Below, in pieces: positions 18,389 through 26,267 of a stretch of 34,157 bases of DNA. The stretch spans positions 1-34,157 of the forward strand of contig JAHFFX010000003.1 of NCBI GenBank assembly GCA_023247755.1, given 5' to 3'. A model generated the notes under the pieces. The model was not told where the DNA came from, made no database searches, and saw only the letters and a list, made by a program, of their open reading frames with translations. Both the position numbers and the translations under genes were made by a program. The DNA comes from Candidatus Omnitrophota bacterium (GTDB taxonomy: Bacteria; Omnitrophota; Gorgyraeia; Zapsychrales; JAHFFX01). Numbering within the stretch: position 1 is the stretch's first letter; each line of letters starts with the position of its first letter.

Positions 18389-19173
18389 TGCTTTGACAAC
18401 TCTTCTGCGCGCTTGCGCGCCGCCTGCAGCGCTTCCGCGATAATATCGTCGAGCTTATACTTGATGAATACGTCCGTGGCGGCCTGGGTGGTCCCGCCCT
18501 TGGAGGTGACCTTCGCGCGCAAAGCACCGGGCTCTTCCTTTTTCCGGTCGAGCAAGAGAACCCCGCCCAGGAACGTTTTACGCACCAGCTGCCGCGCCAG
18601 GTTCTCGTCCAGCCCCAGCTTTTTGGCGCCGCTGATGAGGCTTTCCATGAAAAGATAGACGTACGCGGGCCCGCTGCCGGAGACCGCGGTGACCGCATCG
18701 ATAAGATCTTCCGGAACGACCACGGTTTCGCCGACATGCTGGAAGATCTTCATGGCCGCATCGAGATCCCCTCTTTTGGCGAAGCGTCCCGCCGCCAGCG
18801 CCGTCATGCCTTCGCCGATCATGGCGGGCATGTTGGGCATGGTGCGGACCACCCGGGTCTTTTCGGGAAGACTTTTTTCAAGGAACCCGGAAGTGATCCC
18901 GGCCGCGATCGATACGACGAGCTTGGTCTTGTCCACGAGAAAGAACATCTCCTGCAGGGCCTCTTCGACGTCCTGGGGCTTGACGGCAATAATGACCACC
19001 TGGGATTGTTCGACGAGCTCTTTAACGCTGCAGGGTTTCAGCTTGTAGGTCTTCTGAAGATATTGCTGACGCGCGGGATCCTTCTCGCTCACCAGGACCT
19101 TGTAATTCTTGCGGATCCGCTGGAGGATCGCTTCCCCCATGTTCCCGCCGCCGATGATACCGATGGTTGTCAT
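18385..19173 (-). CDS. proC: Pyrroline-5-carboxylate reductase
   Basis: IGGGNMGEA, IIAVKPQ, SIAAG, RTMPN, TAVSGSGPAY, VTSKGGTT. Confidence 0.96.
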   Translation of the reverse strand: MTTIGIIGGGNMGEAILQRIRKNYKVLVSEKDPARQQYLQKTYKLKPCSVKELVEQSQVVIIAVKPQDVEEALQEMFFLVDKTKLVVSIAAGITSGFLEKSLPEKTRVVRTMPNMPAMIGEGMTALAAGRFAKRGDLDAAMKIFQHVGETVVVPEDLIDAVTAVSGSGPAYVYLFMESLISGAKKLGLDENLARQLVRKTFLGGVLLLDRKKEEPGALRAKVTSKGGTTQAATDVFIKYKLDDIIAEALQAARKRAEELSKQ

Positions 19174-19194
19174 GTGGTTGTTCCTTTTGTCAAG

Positions 19195-19223
19195 GTGCCC
19201 CGTGACCAGTCACAAGTGACCAG
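19195..19223. repeat. Heptamer array at the 3' end of the four-helix-bundle gene
   Basis: GTGCCCC GTGACCA GTCACAA GTGACCA G, directly abutting the TAA stop. Confidence 0.9.
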
Positions 19224-19583
19224 TTAATTCGAAGAAAAACTTTTATGAAATTTCCAAAGCAATGCGCCGGTTTCTGTTCTTATCGCTTCTAATTCTTCGT
19301 AAATCTCACGGCTGATATACTCTAACTTAAAACAAAACTCGAGCAAGTATTCGACCTCTCTCAGTGATCCTAATGCAATGTTAGAAAACTGTTTGATTTC
19401 ATTTCTATTCTGCCGGCCGATACCCTCAACGATATTGGTGGGGATGGAAATTGCCGCTCGGCGAAGTTGTGAAGTCAACCCGTACATTTCTTCTCTAGGA
19501 AAACTTCGGGTGGATAAATAGATTTTATACGCCAGTTGATCTGCTTTTTGCCAAGCCATTAGATTTTTATACGCCTTTTCCAT
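19224..19583 (-). CDS. Four helix bundle protein (23S rRNA-IVP family, PF05635/TIGR02436-like; bAvd-related fold)
   Basis: YKNLMAWQKA...FPREEMYGLTSQLRRAAISIPTNIVEG...IALGSLREVEY signature; AGGAG RBS. Confidence 0.93.
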   Translation of the reverse strand: MEKAYKNLMAWQKADQLAYKIYLSTRSFPREEMYGLTSQLRRAAISIPTNIVEGIGRQNRNEIKQFSNIALGSLREVEYLLEFCFKLEYISREIYEELEAIRTETGALLWKFHKSFSSN

Positions 19584-19658
19584 TTCCTTATCTCCTGGTT
19601 ATGGTTTCCTGTTAATAATTCAGGAAAAGGGTAGTTTTTCCTCCTTTTAACACCTACG

Positions 19659-19690
19659 ACTTGTGACTGGTGACTTGGTCACTGGTCACC
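19659..19690. repeat. Heptamer array upstream of the four-helix-bundle gene
   Basis: AC TTGTGAC TGGTGAC T TGGTCAC TGGTCAC C; ends 7 nt from the yggS stop. Confidence 0.9.
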
Positions 19691-19697
19691 AATCGGA

Positions 19698-20390
19698 TTA
19701 CTCTTTAAAGATCGCCGTCCCGATCCGTACCATGTTGGCGCCTTCGGCGATCGCGATCTCAAAATCATGGGACATCCCCATGGAAAGGTACTTCATTTGG
19801 ACGCCGGGCTTGTCCGGAAAGCTGCGCTCGATGTTTTCTTTCAACCGGCGCAGATCGCCAAAGCATGCCGAGATAACTTTTGCATCCTCGGTAAAAGGGG
19901 CCATCGCCATGAGTCCCAGGATCCTCACCTTCGGCAACTTCAGGACCTCTCCGATGAGCGGCAGGGCCTCTTCGGGAGCGATACCGTACTTTTGGGTCTC
20001 GCGGGCCGTGTTGACCTGCATTAAGATATCCGCAACGCGCCCGGCTTGGGCCGCCTGGCGTTCGATCTCGCCCGCCAGCTTTAGCGAATCAACGGATTGG
20101 ATCAGGTCGCAGATATTCAGGGCAGCCTTGACCTTGTTGGTCTGCAAATGCCCGATCAGATGACGAGTGAGCTTCCGACCGGCTGGATTAACCAGCGGGA
20201 ATTTCTTTTGGGCTTCCTGGACCCGGTTCTCGGCGATATCGTTGATCCCCGCGGCGACCGCCTGATCGATATCTTCGATCGAGGCGAATTTGGTAACGCC
20301 TACCAGGGTAATCTCTTCGGGATGTCTTCCGGCTTTGGGGCAAATGGCGGCGATACGGTCCCGAATTCTCGCCACATTGTCGCGAATCAT
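19698..20390 (-). CDS. yggS: Pyridoxal phosphate homeostasis protein YggS/PROSC
   Basis: LVGVTK, ENRVQE, HLIGHLQTNK, GLMAM, LSMGMSHDFEIAIAEGANMVRIGTAIF; start is either ATG 20396 or ATG 20390. Confidence 0.95.
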   Translation of the reverse strand: MIRDNVARIRDRIAAICPKAGRHPEEITLVGVTKFASIEDIDQAVAAGINDIAENRVQEAQKKFPLVNPAGRKLTRHLIGHLQTNKVKAALNICDLIQSVDSLKLAGEIERQAAQAGRVADILMQVNTARETQKYGIAPEEALPLIGEVLKLPKVRILGLMAMAPFTEDAKVISACFGDLRRLKENIERSFPDKPGVQMKYLSMGMSHDFEIAIAEGANMVRIGTAIFKE

Positions 20391-20396
20391 TGCCAT

Positions 20397-20425
20397 AAGC
20401 TATCACAAAAGGTTGGGGGCGTCAA
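20397..20425 (-). promoter_or_regulatory. Promoter of the yggS...ileS operon, probably giving a leaderless yggS mRNA
   Basis: TTGACG (20425-20420)-N17-TAGCTT (20402-20397) with extended TGn; ATG 20390 lies 7 nt downstream and has no SD. Confidence 0.55.
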
Positions 20426-20447
20426 TCCTTCGACTGCGCTCCGGATT
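20424..20447. repeat. REP-like imperfect palindrome AATCCTTCGACTGCGCTCCGGATT
   Basis: AATCC/GGATT ends; the reverse strand reads ATCCGGAGCGCAGTCGAAGGAT, resembling recalled CCTGAGC-N3-GTCGAAGG type REP units. Single copy in the window. Confidence 0.45.
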
Positions 20448-20538
20448 GTTCTTCTGCATGTCGTTCCCCGCAGGGCACGCTGAAGTTGCCGCTTCTTTCA
20501 ACAAAAAATGGTGCGGGTCATCCCGCCCCAGATAGATA

Positions 20539-20566
20539 TTGACATCCGCCATGGGGGGAATAAAAT
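20539..20566 (+). promoter_or_regulatory. Sigma70-type promoter of the regulator-Ehr operon
   Basis: TTGACA-N16-TAAAAT, 49 nt upstream of ATG 20616. Confidence 0.6.
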
Positions 20567-20615
20567 ACAAAGACGTTTTCCCTAAAATTGGATTTTCCCC
20601 CAAAAAAACAATACG

Positions 20616-21299
20616 ATGAACTTAAAGATCAGGGATATTGCCGAATTGCTGCAAGTCTCGGAGCAGACCGTCTATCGCTGGATCCAGGAAAAAAAGATCC
20701 CCGCCTACAAGATCAATCATCAGTACCGCTTTAACAAGCTCGAGATCAACGATTGGATCCTGAAGAACCGCCTGGCCGTTTCGAAAAGAATCTACGACTT
20801 CAGCGCCGCCGGAACACCCGTCAGCCTCACGGACCTCCTGAAAAAAGGGGGCATTTTTTACGACAACGGTGGATCTTCGGTCGCAGAAATCATCCGCAAT
20901 GCCGGGGAGACGCTTCCCTTGCCGCCGGGCGCCGACCGAAAGACCGTGATTTACTCCCTCTTGCAGCGGGAGGAGATGATGCCCACCGCCATCGGTCGTG
21001 GGATCGCCATCCCGCATCCCCGCAACCCCCTTATCGCGGACATCGAGCATGAAAGCGTTTCGATTTTCTTGTTAAGAAATAAAATCGATTACAAAGCAAT
21101 CGACGGTGAACCGGTCCACACGCTCTTCATCGTGCTAAGCGCCAACCCGCAACGCCATCTAGAAGCCCTGGCCAAGATCTCCTTTTTGTGCCAACAAGAC
21201 GACTTCATCGGCCTTTTAAGAAAACCGGCGTTAGCAGAAGAAATTCTCGGTTATATCGAAAAAAAAGAAGCGGCCTGGCTTAAGAAAGACCCGAGATGA
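20616..21299 (+). CDS. Excisionase-type HTH + PTS EIIA (Ntr/Fru-type) fusion regulator
   Basis: IRDIAELLQVSEQTVYRW..IPAYKI..QYRF HTH_17-like domain; EIIA domain with RE..PTAIGRGIAIPHPR phospho-His motif. Confidence 0.9.
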   Translation: MNLKIRDIAELLQVSEQTVYRWIQEKKIPAYKINHQYRFNKLEINDWILKNRLAVSKRIYDFSAAGTPVSLTDLLKKGGIFYDNGGSSVAEIIRNAGETLPLPPGADRKTVIYSLLQREEMMPTAIGRGIAIPHPRNPLIADIEHESVSIFLLRNKIDYKAIDGEPVHTLFIVLSANPQRHLEALAKISFLCQQDDFIGLLRKPALAEEILGYIEKKEAAWLKKDPR

Positions 21300-23290
21300 A
21301 TAATTTCTTGCTGGGAATTCTTTGTATATCCTTGGGCGGACTTTCTTCCCTGCTCAGCCCACCTCGCCAAAAAGGAAAAATCGTTTCCTTTTTTACCGGG
21401 ATCGGGATGTTGTTCATTCTTCTGACGACCGTGCCGGTCCTGCTCGTCGGCGGGACCTTGACGGGTTCATTCTATTTTAAACCCCCCATCGGCGCCGTTA
21501 CGCTCATCCTCGATCCCCTGGCGGCCTTTTTCGTCGCCTTGACCGCCGTCATGAGTTTTTGGGGAATAGTCTATGCCTCCGGGTATCTGCGGCACTATCA
21601 TGAGCGGGAGATTTACCCGCTGGGCTCACACTACTTCCTGATGTGCCTCCTCATCGTGGCCATGCTGCTTGTCCCGGTCGTACAGAACGCCCTGGCCTTT
21701 CTGGTCATTTGGGAAATCATGTCGCTGGCCTCGTTTTTCCTCGTTCTCTTTGAACACGACAAAAGCGAAGTGATGGAAGCCAGCTTGAACTACCTGGTGG
21801 CCATGCATGTCGGAGTGGCCTTTCTCTTGCTGGGTTTCATTTCTCTGGCCGTCAAATCGCAGAGCTTTGATTTTGCCTCCTTCCCTATAATAATAAGAGG
21901 AAGGGATTCATTCTCGGGAGGGTGGATACTCGCTTCGCTTTTGGTTGGGTTCGGCCTTAAAGCCGGCTTCGTCCCCTTGCACACCTGGCTTCCCAAGGCC
22001 CATCCGGCGGCCCCCAGCCCCATCTCGGCGCTCATGTCCGGAGTGATGATCAAAACCGGGATCTATGGCATTCTGCGGACATTGACCTTTATCGATCACC
22101 CCACCCTGACCCTTGGTTACACCATTTTGGGGCTGTCCCTTGTTTCAGGACTAATGGGCATTATCTATGCCGTTGCCCAAAACGACCTCAAAAGACTCCT
22201 CGCTTACAGCAGCATTGAGAACATCGGCATCATCGGCATCGGGATCGGCCTGGGTGTTTTGGGACAAGCCTATCATATCCCGGCGGTCGCGGCCTTCGGC
22301 TTTGCCGGCGCGCTTTTGCATGTCCTGAACCATTCCATATTCAAGGGACTGCTTTTTTACGGCGCGGGACTCGTTTACCAGAAAACGCATACCCGGGACA
22401 TGGAGATGTTGGGAGGACTCATCAAGAAAATGCCCGCCACGGCTTTTTGTTTCCTGGTGGCTTCGCTTGCAATCTGCGGGTTACCGCTCTTTAATGGATT
22501 TATCAGTGAATTTCTCATTTATTCCGGCTTTTTGAACGGCCTGAACTGGAAATTGCCGTTTTTCTCCGTTGCCTGCGTTCTATCGACGGCCGCGCTCGCC
22601 TTGATCGGAGCGGTCGCGCTTTTATGCTTCACAAAAGTCTATAGCATCGTATTTCTGGGATCTCCAAGAAGCGAGTTGGCGAAAACCCCTTCTGGGGTGG
22701 AACCGAAAAGCATGACGATCCCCATGATGATCCTCACGGGAGCGTGTCTTGGTCTGGGAATTTTCCCTCAAGAGCTGATTTTGTTGGTGGGACAACCGCT
22801 GCGCAGTTTGAACGTCCCCGACGGCCCCTCCCTTTTGGGAGGAAATATCTTTGTGACCTTGAACCAAATCTCCTCGGGGCTGCTGCTGTTTATCGCGGTC
22901 ACCGGCATAATTTATTTCCTGCGGCGGCAATTGCTGAAGAATCGCACCGTCCCGGCATTCCGAACCTGGGATTGCGGCTATCCGGTCCCCACTCCCCGCA
23001 TGCAATACTCCGCGGCCTCGTATTCCGCGTCTTTTCTCTCGCTGGCCGAATTTCTCATCCAGCGTCAGACGCAAAAGGATCCTCCTGAAGGACTCTTCCC
23101 CCAAAAGGCGCAATACCGGTCCCACAGCAAGGACATTTTTGAAGCATATGTCCTTCACCCGTTGTTGGTCGCCTTTAAAAAGTTCATGGATCTTTTCGCG
23201 GGGATCCAGAGCGGTAGCATTCAACAATATATCCTCTATGGATTGGTTTTTCTGACGGGCATCCTTCTGTGGATCGCCACGGTGAAATGA
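21296..23290 (+). CDS. Ehr / hydrogenase-4 antiporter-like membrane subunit (HyfB/EhrA-like)
   Basis: 664 aa multi-TM; WEIMSL, KAGFVPLHTWLPKAHPAAPS, KRLLAYSSIEN, HSIFKGLLF, TWDCGY. Confidence 0.92.
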   Translation: MNNFLLGILCISLGGLSSLLSPPRQKGKIVSFFTGIGMLFILLTTVPVLLVGGTLTGSFYFKPPIGAVTLILDPLAAFFVALTAVMSFWGIVYASGYLRHYHEREIYPLGSHYFLMCLLIVAMLLVPVVQNALAFLVIWEIMSLASFFLVLFEHDKSEVMEASLNYLVAMHVGVAFLLLGFISLAVKSQSFDFASFPIIIRGRDSFSGGWILASLLVGFGLKAGFVPLHTWLPKAHPAAPSPISALMSGVMIKTGIYGILRTLTFIDHPTLTLGYTILGLSLVSGLMGIIYAVAQNDLKRLLAYSSIENIGIIGIGIGLGVLGQAYHIPAVAAFGFAGALLHVLNHSIFKGLLFYGAGLVYQKTHTRDMEMLGGLIKKMPATAFCFLVASLAICGLPLFNGFISEFLIYSGFLNGLNWKLPFFSVACVLSTAALALIGAVALLCFTKVYSIVFLGSPRSELAKTPSGVEPKSMTIPMMILTGACLGLGIFPQELILLVGQPLRSLNVPDGPSLLGGNIFVTLNQISSGLLLFIAVTGIIYFLRRQLLKNRTVPAFRTWDCGYPVPTPRMQYSAASYSASFLSLAEFLIQRQTQKDPPEGLFPQKAQYRSHSKDIFEAYVLHPLLVAFKKFMDLFAGIQSGSIQQYILYGLVFLTGILLWIATVK

Positions 23291-23291
23291 C

Positions 23292-24200
23292 ATGTTGACC
23301 ATTCTCGTTTTATTAACTGTTTCGCCGTTGTTCATCGGCATCATCAACCGGGTGAAATCCGTCTGCGCCGGACGGCAGGGGCCGGGCCTCCTTCAGCCGT
23401 ATTTCGATTATCTGCGTCTTTTTAGAAAAAGCCAGGTCGTGAGCCCCGCGACCTCTTTTATCTTTCAACTGGCCCCGACGATCTCCTGGACCACCGTCTT
23501 CTTCGCGGGACTCCTCATCCCCTTCGGCCCGCGACCGGCCGTGATCAGTTTTCCCGGGGATTTCATCCTCCTGGCTTATGTGTTGGCCTTCGGGCGTTTT
23601 TTTGCTTTGCTTTCCGCCATGGACACGGGCAGCAGCTTCGAGGGAATGGGCGCGAGCCGCGAGGTCACCTTCGCCACACTCGTCGAACCGGCCTTTTTCA
23701 TTCTTTTTTCCACCATCACTTTTCTGTCAGGCTTTCGGTCGCTCAGCGATGTCTTTGCGGCCCTCCACCAGAACGATTCCTGGACCCTAATAGTGATCTC
23801 CTTGAGCGTTCTTATCTTGTTTCTGATGATGCTAGTGGAAGGAAGCCGCCTCCCCATCGATGATCCCAACACGCATCTGGAACTGACGATGATCCACGAG
23901 GTCATGGTCCTGGACAACTCCGGTCCGGATCTGGGACTGATCCTTTACGGGACGGCCATGAAATTGGCGGCGATCGGCCTTTTGATCGCCAACCTTCTCG
24001 TTCCACCGGGGTTTGATATGCCTTTCTTGATGGTCCTGTTTCTCGGCATCCTTTTCGTATTGGCCGTGGCCATCGGAATCCTGGAATCGTCCATGGCCCG
24101 GCTGCGGATGGTTCACGTCCCGCAATTCGTTCTCGTCATGACATCCATCGGACTGCTAATCCTTTCGTTCGTATTTTTCAGCATCGGGGGGCACCGATGA
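23292..24200 (+). CDS. NuoH/HyfC/HycD-like membrane subunit (EhrB-like)
   Basis: GRQGP.LLQPY.D, DTGSSFEGMGASRE, RLPIDDPNTHLELTMIHE. Confidence 0.92.
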   Translation: MLTILVLLTVSPLFIGIINRVKSVCAGRQGPGLLQPYFDYLRLFRKSQVVSPATSFIFQLAPTISWTTVFFAGLLIPFGPRPAVISFPGDFILLAYVLAFGRFFALLSAMDTGSSFEGMGASREVTFATLVEPAFFILFSTITFLSGFRSLSDVFAALHQNDSWTLIVISLSVLILFLMMLVEGSRLPIDDPNTHLELTMIHEVMVLDNSGPDLGLILYGTAMKLAAIGLLIANLLVPPGFDMPFLMVLFLGILFVLAVAIGILESSMARLRMVHVPQFVLVMTSIGLLILSFVFFSIGGHR

Positions 24201-24832
24201 CCGACCTGGTGATCGTCCTTTTCGGCCTCACGCTGCTTTACATTTCGGCCATCAGCCGCCTGGAAGGATACATCCGGGCCTTGGCGGTCCAGGGATTTTT
24301 ACTGACACTCCTCGTAGTGGTCGCCGGTGGACGAATCAATATCTGGAACCTCGCCTTTATCGTTCTGGAAACGCTGGGGTTCAAGACTTTCGTCATTCCG
24401 TGGTTTCTCACCAAGGTGGTTCGGGAAAACGAAATTTCCCGGGAGACCGAACCCTACATCACCAATTTCTACTCCCTGCTGTTCACAAGCCTCATTTTCG
24501 CTTTTAGTTTTTTCATCGCCTACTGGGCGGTCAGGAACGTCACCGATGTTCGGCCGCTCCATTTTGGGATCTCGATCGCCACCATCGTGTTCGGGCTCTT
24601 TATTATCCTCACGCGAAAGAAACTGATCACGCATACGATGGGGTTTATGATTATCGAAAATGGCATCTTCCTTTTGTCGCTGGCCAAAGTGCATGAAATG
24701 CCGATGATCGTCAATACCGGAATCCTGCTGGATCTATTTTTGGCGGTATTCCTCCTGGGAATTTTCATCAATAAGATCAAATCCTCTTTCGAAGAATTGG
24801 ACGTCAACGAGTTGACGTACCTGAAGGACTGA
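24197..24832 (+). CDS. HyfE-like membrane subunit (EhrC-like)
   Basis: 211 aa hydrophobic; QG, K..VIP, ENGIFL motifs; operon position. Confidence 0.88.
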   Translation: MTDLVIVLFGLTLLYISAISRLEGYIRALAVQGFLLTLLVVVAGGRINIWNLAFIVLETLGFKTFVIPWFLTKVVRENEISRETEPYITNFYSLLFTSLIFAFSFFIAYWAVRNVTDVRPLHFGISIATIVFGLFIILTRKKLITHTMGFMIIENGIFLLSLAKVHEMPMIVNTGILLDLFLAVFLLGIFINKIKSSFEELDVNELTYLKD

Positions 24833-24835
24833 CCT

Positions 24836-26245
24836 ATGATCGGCACCCTGCTCATCGCACCGTTGGTCTTAAGCGCCGTTCTGATCCTGGCCCGCTCTCC
24901 TCTCCTCAACCGGCTGGCCATTCTGGCTTATGCTGTTTTACATATGGGACTGTCGGTGGCGCTTTACTGGCGGCCGGAAAGCTTCCTTTCCTATTTTATG
25001 ACCGACGATCTGAACATCCTGTTCCTGCTGATCCTTTCGGTCCTGAACGCGGGGGTGGCCGTTTACAGTCTTGATTTCCTCAGAGAAGAAAGCATTTCGA
25101 AAAAATGGAACACCTACTATGCCGTGTTCCTGCTGTTGTTCGTTTTTTCGCTGACCGGGGCCATTTTAAGCGCGCACCTGGGGCTGTTCTGGGTCTTCAT
25201 GGAAGCGACGACACTCACCAGCGCCCCACTGGTGTTCTTTTACGGCCAAAAATCAAGCCTGGAGGCCACCTGGAAATACATCTTCATCTGCTCCATCGGG
25301 ATCTCCCTCGCTTTCGTGGGAATCGTCCTCCTTTCGATGGGCCAGACAAAACTAACGGATTCCCTCTTTTTTGCCGACCTTTACCGGAACGTCGATAAGC
25401 TGGCGCCGTTCTGGCTTAAGATATCCTTTCCTTTTATTTTGATCGGGTTCGGCACCAAAATGGGTCTGGCCCCGGTCCATGCGTGGCTTCCCGACGCCCA
25501 TTCCGAAGCACCCTCCCCGATCTCGGCTTTGCTTTCCGGGACACTCCTGAATGCCGCCTTCCTGGGGATCCTCAGGATCTATAAAATGATCGAAATCTCC
25601 CGACTACACAGCGAGATGGCGACGCTGTTATTATTGATGGGGTTCCTTTCGCTCTTCGTAAGCGCCATCTTCATCCTGAAGGTCAATAATTTTAAACGGA
25701 TGCTCGCGTACTCCTCGATAGAGAACATGGGGATTCTGCTGATCGGTATCGGCGTGGGTGGCGTGGGGCTTTGGGCGGCGATGCTGCACCTGCTGGCACA
25801 TTCCCTCAGCAAGGCCTCGTTCTTTTTGACTTCCGGGAATATCCTGCATCTGTACCAAACAAAGAACATCGACGGCGTGAAGGGACTTCTGCAGAAAGAC
25901 AAGTGGTCCGGGTGGCTCTGGATCGGGTGCTTCTTAAGCATCGTCGGGTTCCCGCCCTTTCCCATTTTCTTAAGCAAGTTTTTCCTGCTGACCGCCCTGC
26001 TTTCGAAGGGCTATTATTTTTTGGCGGCGATCTTTGTGCTGCTCTTGACCGTTATTCTCTTAGGTATGGGCCGTTCGGTTCTGTCGATGTCCTGCGGGGA
26101 ATGCAACGTGCCGACCTCGGGATACCGGCTGTCCTATTGTGCCCTGGTCCCTCAAATCGTCTTTATGATCATTTTGGTGTGGATCGGCATCGCGATGCCG
26201 GATGTCCTTAACGAGCTTCTTCGCCGATCGGTCCTGCTGCTTTAA
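24836..26245 (+). CDS. HyfF-like antiporter subunit (EhrD-like)
   Basis: WVFMEATTL, SLEATWKY, GTKMGLAPVHAWLPDAHSEAPS, KRMLAYSSIEN. Confidence 0.92.
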   Translation: MIGTLLIAPLVLSAVLILARSPLLNRLAILAYAVLHMGLSVALYWRPESFLSYFMTDDLNILFLLILSVLNAGVAVYSLDFLREESISKKWNTYYAVFLLLFVFSLTGAILSAHLGLFWVFMEATTLTSAPLVFFYGQKSSLEATWKYIFICSIGISLAFVGIVLLSMGQTKLTDSLFFADLYRNVDKLAPFWLKISFPFILIGFGTKMGLAPVHAWLPDAHSEAPSPISALLSGTLLNAAFLGILRIYKMIEISRLHSEMATLLLLMGFLSLFVSAIFILKVNNFKRMLAYSSIENMGILLIGIGVGGVGLWAAMLHLLAHSLSKASFFLTSGNILHLYQTKNIDGVKGLLQKDKWSGWLWIGCFLSIVGFPPFPIFLSKFFLLTALLSKGYYFLAAIFVLLLTVILLGMGRSVLSMSCGECNVPTSGYRLSYCALVPQIVFMIILVWIGIAMPDVLNELLRRSVLLL

Positions 26246-26267
26246 CCGCGGGGACCCGGAAAAATCC

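Larger units (their letters stand above)
19195..19690. mobile_element. Putative cassette: low-GC four-helix-bundle gene bracketed by inverted heptamer arrays, between yggS and proC
   Basis: Separates yggS and proC, which are often adjacent; about 42% GC counted over 19261-19560; terminal arrays are inverted (19202-19217 vs 19659-19674, 15/16). No transposase, so mobility is inferred. Confidence 0.55.

Noticed and set aside
19224-19583. True 23S rRNA intervening sequence
   Set aside because: The flanks are protein-coding genes (proC, yggS); no rRNA sequence is present.
18315-19690. CRISPR array or diversity-generating retroelement
   Set aside because: Units are 7 bp with no unique spacers and no cas genes. 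There is no reverse transcriptase or TR/VR pair in the window despite the Avd-like fold.
20403-20603. 66-aa minus-strand ORF in the divergent promoter region
   Set aside because: Overlaps both predicted promoters and the REP-like unit; no RBS or recognisable motif.
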